IMG/VR virus record: IMGVR_UViG_3300021598_000208
Location: 1-63,549 of that record
Reading direction: 5' to 3' (one strand)
Length of the DNA: 63,549 nucleotides
DNA from: a virus
Lineage: Duplodnaviria > Caudoviricetes
Part shown: piece after piece, positions 21,950 through 31,363 of the stretch
How the letters are laid out: each line of letters starts with the position of its first letter
Position numbering within the stretch: position 1 is the stretch's first letter
Notes under the pieces: generated by a model
The model's input: only the letters and a program-made list of their open reading frames with translations
The model's database searches: none
What the model was told of the DNA's origin: nothing
Translations under genes and position numbers: made by a program

Positions 21950-22051
21950 CTTCAATTAAATTTTTTTTGTTAGATAATAACCAATCCATAAAGTCATTCT
22001 GATTAAGTGATTCAAGTTTATCAAATATTAAATCTACCGGGTTCATAAAAC

Positions 22052-22690
22052 TTATTTTACTTCGTTGATGTCGTAATAAAAAGAGTCGCTATTTGAACTA
22101 ACCCACCTATCGCTCTCAGCTTCTACGCATTGTAGTGTGGTATCCACTTTAAACTCCTTTGGACTAATAGGGAACTCATTAGTAATGAAGTTAGAGTCTT
22201 TCCAAAATATCCTGTTGTTAGGTTGGCATAATAGATACCCATCGTCAGCCAATAGTATGTGACCGCACTTATAATCGCTCGGCTCATCTGAATATGGATT
22301 ACTAAACCAATCAACTGTAAACAAATAAGTTGCCCATACAAGTGATTTATCTTTTAAAATAACCTTGCATCTTTTTTCAGCTAAGTACAAGTACTCAACC
22401 ACACTAACGTTCTCACTAAAGCAATCCCATAGTTGCTTGAAGTCTGCAGGTATATCTTTAGATGGCTCTTCGTAAAACAACTCTGAGATAGGTACTCTAC
22501 TGCGAAGCATTCCGTAGTCAGTCATAATGTGAAACGTAAGTATCTTTCCGGCTATGCTTTGTATTGCAAAGGCGTAGCAGTTGTCAAACGTTAAACTGTC
22601 GCTTTCTTTTTTGGTAAGCCAACTCCTTCTTACTTTCAGTTTAAGGTTTGGGATATTGATGTTTAATACATTTGAATCAGTCGTTGTCAT
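22052..22690 (-). CDS. Hypothetical phage protein
   Basis: ATG 22690 overlaps the helicase end. Contains RVPIS, QLWDCFS and QPNNRIFW motifs. Confidence 0.7.
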   Translation of the reverse strand: MTTTDSNVLNINIPNLKLKVRRSWLTKKESDSLTFDNCYAFAIQSIAGKILTFHIMTDYGMLRSRVPISELFYEEPSKDIPADFKQLWDCFSENVSVVEYLYLAEKRCKVILKDKSLVWATYLFTVDWFSNPYSDEPSDYKCGHILLADDGYLLCQPNNRIFWKDSNFITNEFPISPKEFKVDTTLQCVEAESDRWVSSNSDSFYYDINEVK

Positions 22691-24128
22691 AAAAATCTTT
22701 TTTAAAATGGTTAACGGTATAGTCTTTCTTCTTTGTAACAGCCTTGTAGATGTCGTATTCAATACCACCCTTAGAGAATATCCAATATACTTTATTCTCA
22801 AGGCGTTCCTTTGTGGTCATACGGTCTTTTGACTGCCAATAACTCGTTGCACTAAAGTCAATGTTGTAGAACACCAAGTACTCAGCTTGCTTCAAAGAGA
22901 TTCCTTCTCTGCCTGATACAATCTGAAGAGCGATGTTCTTATGAGTGTCTTCAAAGACACCAAGTTCAGTGGTCAACTCGTCACCAAAAACCTGCTTGAG
23001 TGCATTCAACTCTTCTTTGAACTTGTAGAAGATTCCAATCTTGCATCCCTCAAACTGCTGTTTGATAAACTCTGCTTTGCTTAGGTCAATCACCATTGAC
23101 TCACCATTCTCAAACTTAATAGTCCCTGAGCACAATTGATGAATCTTTGACATCAACTTCACAGGCGTGTCTGCTAATATGGTTTGGCTCTTACCTTCAA
23201 CCACAAGGTCTCTCTTTAGTTTCTGAATTAACTTATAAGTCAACTCGCTCATCTCAACCTGCAGAACCTCTTCGTCAGTCTTTGATAAGAAACCTGCCTC
23301 CTGCTGCGTGTAGCTTATGGTATACTTCTCCATCTCTTTAAGTATCTTATCTGTGCCTCCGCTATAGTCGTTCATCATCAACCCATTTATCTTCTTTTGC
23401 TTTACGTTGACATACTCATCGCAGAATCTGTAGAAACTTTTGTGATGGCTGAATGGACTCGTTGGTATACCATACACCTGATGGTACATCTGTGAGTAGG
23501 ACTCAGGCGTTGGCGTTCCTGATAAAAGTATAACCAATGGATTGTATTTACCTATGACTTGCTTTACCAATACGGCTCTGCCACTTGGCTTGGGAAACGC
23601 TCCCATACTATGTGCCTCATCGCAAATTATCAAATCCCATTTTGCTTTATCGGAAACAAGATGCAGGCTTTCGTAGTTGATGACCTCTATCTTATATCCC
23701 GGATTGAGCGTTGCGTAATCTGATTCAATAGATGATATGGCTTTCTTTTTGGTTACAAACAATACATTTTCAGCATTGCAAAGTTTCGCTATCCCAAGGC
23801 TCGTAAGCGTTTTACCTGTACGCACCTCCATTGCAAGATACAGGAAACGATGCTGCCGCAGGATGTCAACCGCTCGGTTGATTATATCAACCTGATAGTC
23901 CCTGAATTTGAATTTGTTTTCCATCTCGTATAAATTTTTGTAATACTCGCAACTCGTTACGATTCTTTCTATAACTTCTTTTTCTGTATTATATTTTAGT
24001 ACCCTGCGAATCTCGATAGCCTTACCTCGTCCCGTCTTTACTTCTTTGGTTTGAAGTATGATTCTCTTCAAAGACTCGCAGTACTCCAACATTGATTTGT
24101 TGTCCTGACCTGCTAATCTTTCTATCAT
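22677..24128 (-). CDS. SF2 (SNF2-like) helicase
   Basis: RDYQ, MEVRTGKT (Walker A), DEAH, LSGTP, GREGISL and QSKDR motifs. Confidence 0.9.
   Translation of the reverse strand: MIERLAGQDNKSMLEYCESLKRIILQTKEVKTGRGKAIEIRRVLKYNTEKEVIERIVTSCEYYKNLYEMENKFKFRDYQVDIINRAVDILRQHRFLYLAMEVRTGKTLTSLGIAKLCNAENVLFVTKKKAISSIESDYATLNPGYKIEVINYESLHLVSDKAKWDLIICDEAHSMGAFPKPSGRAVLVKQVIGKYNPLVILLSGTPTPESYSQMYHQVYGIPTSPFSHHKSFYRFCDEYVNVKQKKINGLMMNDYSGGTDKILKEMEKYTISYTQQEAGFLSKTDEEVLQVEMSELTYKLIQKLKRDLVVEGKSQTILADTPVKLMSKIHQLCSGTIKFENGESMVIDLSKAEFIKQQFEGCKIGIFYKFKEELNALKQVFGDELTTELGVFEDTHKNIALQIVSGREGISLKQAEYLVFYNIDFSATSYWQSKDRMTTKERLENKVYWIFSKGGIEYDIYKAVTKKKDYTVNHFKKDFYDND
22945..22960 (+). repeat. 16-bp palindrome copy 3 (inside helicase)
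   Basis: Exact match, read as VFEDT on the minus strand. Confidence 0.95.
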
Positions 24129-24460
24129 ATGCGTAATTTTTTTTCACATATTCCGCAATACATTCTCTTACTGTACTCTTCAATGAGAGGTTGAGGGCAA
24201 ACGCAGTCATCAATGATTCGTGTACCATCATCATTAAAGTTCAGAGCAATGTACTCCATCAGGTCTGCGCAATGCTCAAACATCTCAAACGATTGGAAGT
24301 AAGTCATCATCAACTGAATCAACTCAAGTGGTATCTCCTCATCAGGTAGATGCGCAAAGAGACTTATATCAGAGGAGGCAATCTCTTCCAATGTGTTTCG
24401 CTCTGTAATCAGGTTGAATGAATTAATCATCCCTATGTGTATTCTTTGCTCCTGTGTCAT
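24125..24460 (-). CDS. Hypothetical protein with C-terminal Cys cluster
   Basis: 111 aa, CVC...CGIC. Confidence 0.65.
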   Translation of the reverse strand: MTQEQRIHIGMINSFNLITERNTLEEIASSDISLFAHLPDEEIPLELIQLMMTYFQSFEMFEHCADLMEYIALNFNDDGTRIIDDCVCPQPLIEEYSKRMYCGICEKKLRI

Positions 24461-24705
24461 TTGTCTTGGTTTAAATATTCCTTAAACATATCTTCATCTG
24501 AATAATCAAGATATTTTTCTGTGTTTTCATTCATCCTCATCCACATATAAAAGTTAAGTATCTGCTCTTTTTCTTTTTCAAGTAAGTTTTCAGCTTCCAT
24601 TTTTGCAGCTCTTATACCTGATGCAATAGACATTGAATATTCATTTTCTAATATTTCAATTTTAACATCAAGCCAATCAATTAATTCTTGCATTGCTGTT
24701 TTCAT
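24457..24705 (-). CDS. Hypothetical protein
   Basis: 82 aa (MKTAMQELI...EKEKEQI); operon tiling. Confidence 0.7.
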   Translation of the reverse strand: MKTAMQELIDWLDVKIEILENEYSMSIASGIRAAKMEAENLLEKEKEQILNFYMWMRMNENTEKYLDYSDEDMFKEYLNQDK

Positions 24706-24706
24706 A

Positions 24707-27136
24707 TTAGTCTAAGTTTAATTGGTTTTGATATTCACTATCCTGTTTCTTGTTAATGATAATCCATCTACCCTGTTGGTCTCTATCCTCCTGTGGCATT
24801 GTCCCTTCTTTGTAGATAGCGTAAGCTATCAACCACTTGTAGAACTTAGTACGGCTGATTGTCATTCTACCTCTCGGTCCATAGTCAGGATACTCATCAA
24901 TGAAGTTAGAATACAACTCGTTCTTGTAAAGTCTTACTCCAACCTGAAGCATTACGTTACGCTCGTTGCTATCTACAAGTCCACACCATTCAATAAACTC
25001 GTGGCAAGTTTCTGCTGATAGCTGACGAATCTTTAGGTTTACGAATTTAGATTTAACAAGTCCGGTTCTCAGGTAATTCATCAAACACCCAATCATATAG
25101 TTATCGAACTCACACCAATCATCATCATTCCAATCGCCAAACATCAACTTGCCGAACTCATCAAGCGGAGTAAAACTCTTGTTGTAGTACTGATGTAACT
25201 CCAACTCCCACTTCCTTCGGGCAAATGAATTACCTGCACCTTTGATGGCATAGTTTGTCGTTATGGCAATCTTTGGTGAACGGCTGAATGGAATCTTAAT
25301 CGCATCCTTGTTCTTCTTCTCAAGTGTCAAACCCTCAGTCACTACGCTAAACAAACGCTCAAAGTCAAAGTGCTTACGCACATCATCGAAGCAAAGTATC
25401 TGCGTGTCTGCTGACACCAACTGATAAGCGAAGCTACGCTCGAAGGCAAATGACTTACCATCAATCACAACTAACTTTTTCATCTTACTCAGTGCGCTCA
25501 TCAATAGTCCCTTACCTGTTCCACCCTCCGGATTGTCACTAATAACCTCATCGTTCAGAATCACAGCAGGACAGAATGATAGGTTCTTGTATCCGTGAAG
25601 TAAGAATCCAATCGTGCTCTCCATTGATTTAACTCTCGCCTCATCTCCACCGTTGATATTGCTCACAAACTTTTTGAAGTCACACCTATCGGTCACGCTG
25701 CACATATTAAAGTTCCTGTCAATCACGTGGTCTTTCCACACGTAACCGCCCAAGTCCAAATAGTCAAGCGTACTTATACCTTCTTTGCTAATCTTTACTG
25801 CGCAGTTCTTGTAGTACAGATAAGATGCATCTTTGCTGTCAGCAATGAAGTATATCTCAATTGTCGATAGCATAGACAAGAACTCTTCCTTAAAAAATCT
25901 CGTGTTGTCAGCGAAGTAATTGTACACCCCGATGTCATCCAACTCCAATAGATGCGCAAGAACGAAGTCTTTAATTTCTTTCTCTGATGTATGGTCTATT
26001 AGGTTGTTTGTTACTTTTACAAAGATGTAGTTCTTTCCACCCTCAGGACAATACTTATAGAAACCGTTGTCTTCTAAGAACTGCTTGAACTGAATATGAA
26101 CTATCTTGATGACCCCACGCTCGTTTCTGTCCCAAAAGGTTTGCTTAGCATTTTCCTCCTCAACCTTATTAAGCACCGAATCGATAGTATCGCTGTCCAA
26201 ATTGGAGTCTTGCAATTGGATGCGAATCTCTTTTTTTGATACACCTCTCCTCAACTTTGCTTTGATTGAATTAACTCTCTCCTCATCCTCGTAGTACTTA
26301 GTCCCGAAGTTAGCTGTGTGCCGGTAGGCAGAGTCAATGGTTGTGCCAATCTCCCTGATGCTAAAGTCATCCGTAGCGAATTGGTTTAGTACGTATGATG
26401 CAAGGCTCTTGTTGATTCCAAAGTCATTGAACGCCATTGCAAGAACGTATGCGTTTTGATTACGCTGCCCTTCGCTCATTGGATATTTCTTTTCCCACCA
26501 TTTAACAAGTATCTCCACAATCTTATTCTCATCTGTGATAGGGATGGTAGCTTGGTCTCTTGTACGACTTACCTCAGTGTACTCAGGCTCTTCAATCGTG
26601 TCCCAAATACTACTGTTCTCATTTACGTAAATTAAGGGGTCATACGAGTCGTAACATACTCGGCTGAGGTTCTTGCTCGTTTTATCAAAATAAGGGTTAT
26701 TAAAGTACTTTTCTAAGCTATTAAAGTAGTTTGTATGGTTCTCTGCATCTGCCGGTATCTTAACTAATACTTTTAAGCCATTTCCCGAAGGGGAAATGAA
26801 TACTGAGAATACATATTTGTTTTTTGACAGGTTCTCTTTGTCCTGTAGTAATTCCTTTTGCTTTGGATACCCATCGAAGTCTAAGCAAATGATTCCTGAA
26901 TGCTCAAGTAATGACGCATCAGTTCTCTTGTTAAACGTACCACTGAAGCAAATGGCAGGCAATTGCTTCTTTAGTTCCTGTCTCTCAGGCTTACGTTTTT
27001 CTAATCGGATTTTCTTAACCAACTCCTTGGTCGTTCCTGCTCCGTCCTTTATTCTATCAAGGATTACACGCACATCTCTGAAGAATGGCGTATCAGTATC
27101 CTTAATACTTTTGAATATAGTTACGTTATGTGTCAT
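24707..27136 (-). CDS. Primase-helicase (BT4734/VirE-N-like primase, PriCT, P-loop helicase)
   Basis: KKQLPA..FSGTF, ICLDFD, FISPSGNGLK, GQRNQ (PriCT), Walker A GGTGKG and Walker B CFDD. Confidence 0.85.
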   Translation of the reverse strand: MTHNVTIFKSIKDTDTPFFRDVRVILDRIKDGAGTTKELVKKIRLEKRKPERQELKKQLPAICFSGTFNKRTDASLLEHSGIICLDFDGYPKQKELLQDKENLSKNKYVFSVFISPSGNGLKVLVKIPADAENHTNYFNSLEKYFNNPYFDKTSKNLSRVCYDSYDPLIYVNENSSIWDTIEEPEYTEVSRTRDQATIPITDENKIVEILVKWWEKKYPMSEGQRNQNAYVLAMAFNDFGINKSLASYVLNQFATDDFSIREIGTTIDSAYRHTANFGTKYYEDEERVNSIKAKLRRGVSKKEIRIQLQDSNLDSDTIDSVLNKVEEENAKQTFWDRNERGVIKIVHIQFKQFLEDNGFYKYCPEGGKNYIFVKVTNNLIDHTSEKEIKDFVLAHLLELDDIGVYNYFADNTRFFKEEFLSMLSTIEIYFIADSKDASYLYYKNCAVKISKEGISTLDYLDLGGYVWKDHVIDRNFNMCSVTDRCDFKKFVSNINGGDEARVKSMESTIGFLLHGYKNLSFCPAVILNDEVISDNPEGGTGKGLLMSALSKMKKLVVIDGKSFAFERSFAYQLVSADTQILCFDDVRKHFDFERLFSVVTEGLTLEKKNKDAIKIPFSRSPKIAITTNYAIKGAGNSFARRKWELELHQYYNKSFTPLDEFGKLMFGDWNDDDWCEFDNYMIGCLMNYLRTGLVKSKFVNLKIRQLSAETCHEFIEWCGLVDSNERNVMLQVGVRLYKNELYSNFIDEYPDYGPRGRMTISRTKFYKWLIAYAIYKEGTMPQEDRDQQGRWIIINKKQDSEYQNQLNLD

Positions 27137-27217
27137 ACTATGTCGGTTTTATGTCGGTTTAATGTCGTTTTTATTCTACTAACTCTCTGATAATCAGTAC
27201 TAATGTCAATAATGTCA
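27130..27217. promoter_or_regulatory. ATGTCR iteron array with IHF-like site upstream of primase
   Basis: ATGTCG at 27140, 27151 and 27162; TAACTCTCTGATA at 27180; ATGTCA at 27203 and 27212. Confidence 0.6.
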
Positions 27218-27318
27218 ATTTTTATCTTAGATTATAATTAAAAAAATAAAGAAGAATAGTAATTATATATATAAGAAGTATAGGAAATTAATTGTCATTT
27301 TCGTCACGGTACAGAGGT

Positions 27319-27345
27319 AAAAAAAGGGGAAGTATTACCTTCCCC
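27319..27345 (-). terminator. Intrinsic terminator after SSB gene
   Basis: GGGGAAG/CTTCCCC stem followed by T7 on the minus strand. Confidence 0.8.
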
Positions 27346-27367
27346 GTTTCTTTGTTGGGTGAATAGA

Positions 27368-27679
27368 TTAGAACGGAAGTTCATCCTCCTCAGGCTCAGG
27401 TTCAACTGCTTTTGTCCCATCCCCCTTTGGTTTAGCTTCCTGTGGTGCTTCTGCTTTCATTCCGTTTTGAGCAGGCTCGTAAGTGTCTAACTCAACGTAG
27501 TAGTTCCCGCTACGAGCAGTCTTGATGTTGAGGTTTACCCAACCATTCTTCTCGTGCTGTCTGATGAATGCAACTGCATCATCTGATTTCATTGATAAGC
27601 GACCTACTACAAAGTCGGGTGCTTTTTCGTTTCTCTTGAATGAGAATCCGTCTGCAAAGATTTTTTCGTCTTGTGCCAT
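27368..27679 (-). CDS. Putative single-stranded DNA-binding protein
   Basis: Small beta-rich domain, flexible linker and acidic EEDELPF tail; next to recombination genes. Confidence 0.65.
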   Translation of the reverse strand: MAQDEKIFADGFSFKRNEKAPDFVVGRLSMKSDDAVAFIRQHEKNGWVNLNIKTARSGNYYVELDTYEPAQNGMKAEAPQEAKPKGDGTKAVEPEPEEDELPF

Positions 27680-27754
27680 TGTTCTTGAATTTATTTGTTG
27701 CCTCAGTCTGTTTTAACCAACCATCAACCTCTGAGGCTAAGCTAATGATTAGTG

Positions 27755-27837
27755 TAGTCAGGGTAGGATTCGAACCTACAATTCGGAGACTGAGGTATTT
27801 AATCTCAGCTTTCGTCTACCATAACGACTTCCTGACT
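27755..27837 (-). tRNA. Atypical tRNA / tRNA-like RNA (Leu-like)
   Basis: Acceptor stem AGTCAGG/CCTGACT plus A; D arm GTC-GTTATGGTA-GAC; T arm GTAGG-TTCGAAT-CCTAC. The anticodon arm is non-canonical (9-nt loop ATTAAATAC). Confidence 0.7.
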
Positions 27838-27841
27838 TCCT

Positions 27842-27857
27842 GTGTCTTTGAAGACAC
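27842..27857 (-). repeat. 16-bp palindrome copy 4
   Basis: Exact match on the minus strand, 4 nt 5' of the tRNA-like RNA. Confidence 0.95.
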
Positions 27858-27882
27858 TTGCTTCGGGGGGAGCAAAAATAAT

Positions 27883-28629
27883 TTATAACAAGTACTCGTC
27901 AATGTAATAGTTTGCGATGTCATCTGATGGCTTAGAACTAAAGTACTTTTGGTATACCTCAATTGCTCTGCCAACTTTAGCCTCGCCACCCTTTACAAAG
28001 TCTTCTGTTGGTCTAAAGATACCAAGTACTCCTGTGCCCTTGTCGATTACGTAGAATACCAACGGCTTACCAAACAACTCCTGATAGATATAGCACTGAC
28101 TATCGTAGTTATATGCTTTGGCTGAATACTTAAACTTATGGATGTCTGATGTAGTCTTTAGGTCAATCACTGAATTATCTGTCACAATATCTGCCTTACC
28201 CTTCCACATCATTCCTTGAATATCTGCAACTGCCGGGGTCTCATACTGATTACCGGCTTTGTAAATCTCATCGTAGAACGCAATGTTGCCTTTTATGATG
28301 GATACAAGATTCTGAATCTCATCCTGCTCCTTCTTTAGCATACAGAATGGAAGATTGTTATCCTCGCAGAATGCTTTGTACTCTTTGGTTGTACGTGTGC
28401 TGACATCAACGAATGGCATAGACTTCGCCTTTTCAGGCTCCAAGATTAGCTGATGGAAGTATCTGCCATCCATAAACGCCTTGTTGTCTTCACGGGTCTT
28501 GCCGAAGTCTTGAGGATTGTTTAATAGAACTCCAATGTCTGAATTAGATAGGTAGTTCCTTCCAATACCATTGTAGTATTGGTTGTCATCACGCAGGAGC
28601 GTGAGCAATTCTGATTTGTTCTCTTCCAT
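27883..28629 (-). CDS. RecE/ExoVIII-like PD-(D/E)XK exonuclease (DUF3799-like)
   Basis: YLSNS, G..FH..ILEP, KGKAD...IDLKTT and Y.YDSQ..IY motifs. Confidence 0.8.
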   Translation of the reverse strand: MEENKSELLTLLRDDNQYYNGIGRNYLSNSDIGVLLNNPQDFGKTREDNKAFMDGRYFHQLILEPEKAKSMPFVDVSTRTTKEYKAFCEDNNLPFCMLKKEQDEIQNLVSIIKGNIAFYDEIYKAGNQYETPAVADIQGMMWKGKADIVTDNSVIDLKTTSDIHKFKYSAKAYNYDSQCYIYQELFGKPLVFYVIDKGTGVLGIFRPTEDFVKGGEAKVGRAIEVYQKYFSSKPSDDIANYYIDEYLL

Positions 28630-28631
28630 TA

Positions 28632-29276
28632 TTATTGGTTGATTAGATTAGCGATTTCTTTCTTCAATGCAGGACTAATGCTGTACTTACGAGTGATTTG
28701 AGCGCCAATCTTATCAATACCCAAAGACTTGTTGTCTGTTACGTATTTGACTACTGCATCCCAATTCGCTGTACCTTTCTTTAAGTCAGGCAATACATCA
28801 TCCCCAACAGCAGGCGCTGTCTTCCTAACAGGCTCAGCTTTTGCTACTGATTCTCCTTCCGGTAAATCCTCTCCTGCATAAATATAAATCCCTAATCCAA
28901 ACATTGCGAGGTTCTTAACCAAGCAACGCATAATGGTTTTGTTGATGTCGAACGTAGTCGCAGCCTCAACCTTCTTGTCGCCAAAGCGTGTGCTATAGCT
29001 ATACTCGGTCTTCTTCATTGACTTGTTCTTGCCATCCATTACAGGCAACCACATCTCAAGCGTTTCGCCTTCGATGGTTACGGTAGTGTGGCACATAAAT
29101 CCAAGAGCATCGTCATACTCAGTCTCTAAGATTTTGTAGGTAGCATCAGGGCAGGCTCTTTTAGTTTCTGACCACGCCCACGCCCAAGATAAATAAGTTA
29201 GGTTGTCTTTCTTCTCAACGTGCTCGTTCACATTGATGGCGGATAGCCTCTCGAAAACTGTCTTTTTGTTTTCCAT
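28632..29276 (-). CDS. Sak3/DUF1071 single-strand annealing protein
   Basis: EKKDNLTYLSWAWAW, WLPVMD and INKTIMRCLVKNLAMFGLG.YIYAGEDLP. Confidence 0.9.
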   Translation of the reverse strand: MENKKTVFERLSAINVNEHVEKKDNLTYLSWAWAWSETKRACPDATYKILETEYDDALGFMCHTTVTIEGETLEMWLPVMDGKNKSMKKTEYSYSTRFGDKKVEAATTFDINKTIMRCLVKNLAMFGLGIYIYAGEDLPEGESVAKAEPVRKTAPAVGDDVLPDLKKGTANWDAVVKYVTDNKSLGIDKIGAQITRKYSISPALKKEIANLINQ

Positions 29277-29309
29277 TTGATTTGATTTGATTATGATTGA
29301 TTGATTTGA

Positions 29310-29612
29310 TTAAATAAAAACTGCTCTCTCCATATCCTTCACAATAGAGACATAGTCTTTATCGTGTGTGATTCTCTGCTCAACCGCAGCGATTCCGTGA
29401 ATGATTGATGAGTGCTTGATGTCATAGCCCGCTTCATTCATAAACTTCTGTATGTATGTGATTTGCATAGGTCTCTTTGCGCATAAATAATACACCAAGT
29501 GCCGAGCATCTACGAACTCTCTCTTCTTTGATTTGGAGAATATATCCTCCTTGCTGATGCTGAATAGGTCTGCGACCCTTTCGACATACTGATTAAAAAC
29601 ATCTTGCTTCAT
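29310..29612 (-). CDS. DnaA C-terminal (domain IV)-like HTH protein
   Basis: SKSKKREFVDARHLVYYLC...HSSIIHG. Confidence 0.75.
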   Translation of the reverse strand: MKQDVFNQYVERVADLFSISKEDIFSKSKKREFVDARHLVYYLCAKRPMQITYIQKFMNEAGYDIKHSSIIHGIAAVEQRITHDKDYVSIVKDMERAVFI

Positions 29613-29634
29613 ATACCTGATTTAATTAGGGGAA

Positions 29635-29642
29635 CAAATATA
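29635..29642 (-). promoter_or_regulatory. -7 promoter element TATATTTG
   Basis: Intergenic TAnnTTTG on the minus strand. Confidence 0.6.
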
Positions 29643-29666
29643 GTGAATTTGTTCAAACATTGTTCA

Positions 29667-29912
29667 TTAATTTTTTTCTTTTTTATCAATTAGCATAGAC
29701 TCTGCCTCATCGAGTGACTTGCTTGATAAGTCTTCTGATATGTAAAACTCTCCGGTCTTTAGCAATTGGATGTAACTACCATCATAGTAGTGTACAACGT
29801 CTGTGCAGTCTTTGTGTAGGATTTCGGCAGGATTGTTTTTAAGAAATGAATCTCGTGCGGTGAACCTACCTGAATCAATAATTCTCGCTCTTTCTTCTGT
29901 TGTAATAGCCAT
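29667..29912 (-). CDS. Hypothetical protein
   Basis: ATG 29912 lies downstream of the promoter at 29965. Confidence 0.6.
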   Translation of the reverse strand: MAITTEERARIIDSGRFTARDSFLKNNPAEILHKDCTDVVHYYDGSYIQLLKTGEFYISEDLSSKSLDEAESMLIDKKEKN

Positions 29913-29964
29913 AGGATTTGATTTGTGCCCACCGAAGTGGGCGTTAATTAGATTAAATTCCGTA

Positions 29965-29972
29965 CAAATATA
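29965..29972 (-). promoter_or_regulatory. -7 promoter element TATATTTG
   Basis: Intergenic; same ACTATATTTGT context as 29635, 37120 and 45536. Confidence 0.6.
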
Positions 29973-29978
29973 GTACAA

Positions 29979-30296
29979 TTATTTGTAAAAAACAAGGTCT
30001 GAATATTTTACATACACAAAACCATCGTGAGTGATTTTGTCTGCGCTGTCCCAAGATTCTTTCGTGATGATGTGACCATCCGGAAACTTAGGATTTGATT
30101 CCAACTCCTGCTTTAACTTCTGAACGTAGAGCGTGGCATCCATCAACTCTTCTTGAAGATGGTTTAGCCATTGAATTAGCGTCAGTTCATTCTCCTCAAG
30201 TGTCGTCCCGTATTTCTTAACGCCCACATCTGAGCGACTGCTGAATTTTGAAATGACATTCTCAACGACTCTGTCTTTTTTTTCTTGATTATCCAT
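29979..30296 (-). CDS. Phage protein, possible MazG-like all-alpha fold
   Basis: G.KKYGTTL...WLNHLQEELMDATLY. Confidence 0.55.
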   Translation of the reverse strand: MDNQEKKDRVVENVISKFSSRSDVGVKKYGTTLEENELTLIQWLNHLQEELMDATLYVQKLKQELESNPKFPDGHIITKESWDSADKITHDGFVYVKYSDLVFYK

Positions 30297-30684
30297 AAAT
30301 AACCTCCCCCATAGTTAGATATTGAAATACTACATCTGCTGAACCGGCATCGCCTTCCTGACGCATATGTCTCTCCAACGCCCACCTCTCATCACTATCT
30401 GATAGCAACTGAAGACGTGCTTGCAATGTTCCACGTGTAATAATACCAACTACCTCATCTTCGTCCATTGCGTCATTGATTGGTACTTTCACATCGTGGT
30501 CTAAGATAGCCTTTACTATTGCTGTGCTCAGGTATGGGTCTTCGCTCTTAGGCACTGCCTTCCTGATTGCTGCTACTGAATCGTCAGGTAGGTAATACCA
30601 ATAGTTACTGCCACCTTCTAATGCTGTTACAAAAATGTCTTCTAAGACTTCTCTGCTTACTCCTTGAATGATTTTGATTTCCAT
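30289..30684 (-). CDS. Hypothetical protein
   Basis: TALEGGSNYW...DAGSADVVFQ...GEVIYG; operon tiling. Confidence 0.75.
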   Translation of the reverse strand: MEIKIIQGVSREVLEDIFVTALEGGSNYWYYLPDDSVAAIRKAVPKSEDPYLSTAIVKAILDHDVKVPINDAMDEDEVVGIITRGTLQARLQLLSDSDERWALERHMRQEGDAGSADVVFQYLTMGEVIYG

Positions 30685-30685
30685 A

Positions 30686-31006
30686 TTAATCTTGATTTTG
30701 AATTGATTTGATTTCTAATGTGTCGCACGCATCGTCAATGGCATTCCATATTTGCTCGATGGTTGCTGTGTTTGTAAGTGCCATATCAAGAACCTGCTGT
30801 GCCTGTTCCTGTGTGCATTCGTAGTTCTCTGTCACGTCATCTGTCATCCAAAGATTTTCTACAAAGTAGCCTTTCTTCCGGAGCAGTGCCCGTGCCTCAA
30901 GTACGTCTTTTAATTTGTTTTTTGCCTCAATTAACTGACCTCGTAGGTAGTCGATTTCAAGATTGGCGGAGGCAATTGCGCTCATCTCGTAGTGATTTTT
31001 TGACAT
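30686..31006 (-). CDS. Hypothetical protein
   Basis: 106 aa; operon tiling. Confidence 0.7.
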   Translation of the reverse strand: MSKNHYEMSAIASANLEIDYLRGQLIEAKNKLKDVLEARALLRKKGYFVENLWMTDDVTENYECTQEQAQQVLDMALTNTATIEQIWNAIDDACDTLEIKSIQNQD

Positions 31007-31164
31007 ATGGTTTTGATTAATGGTTTACTAAAACTTACTATTTCTACAACCACAAGCAGCACAATAGCTGCCGGCAGCGATATAACGAAGAACCATACCA
31101 CCTGCACAAGCAGGTAGCACACCCCGTATAATGTTTTAAAAAATGATTTCATCTGTGTCTCCAT
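30982..31164 (-). CDS. Small membrane protein
   Basis: Long hydrophobic stretch; fills the gap between genes (alternative start 31152). Confidence 0.5.
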   Translation of the reverse strand: METQMKSFFKTLYGVCYLLVQVVWFFVISLPAAIVLLVVVEIVSFSKPLIKTICQKITTR

Positions 31165-31363
31165 TGTCTGTAAGTATTACGGATTTAGGATAGGCTTCTC
31201 GTAGTGCCTGCACGTAGTCGTCATTGCTGAATACAAAGTCACTCTCCCGCTCCTCATCAATCATTGGTTGAATGACTGAACGGATTTGCTTTTCGTTTAA
31301 TTGCGTTCCGAGTATAAAACTCTCCTCGTCCCACGCTGATGTTTTGATTCTGAAGATGTTCAT
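31136..31363 (-). CDS. Hypothetical protein
   Basis: ATG 31363 (MNIFRIKTSAWDEE) overlaps the upstream stop codon. Confidence 0.65.
   Translation of the reverse strand: MNIFRIKTSAWDEESFILGTQLNEKQIRSVIQPMIDEERESDFVFSNDDYVQALREAYPKSVILTDNGDTDEIIF

Noticed and set aside
27680-27754. Theta/HDV-like ribozyme 3' of the tRNA
   Set aside because: No nested double pseudoknot could be built; only a simple hairpin is visible.
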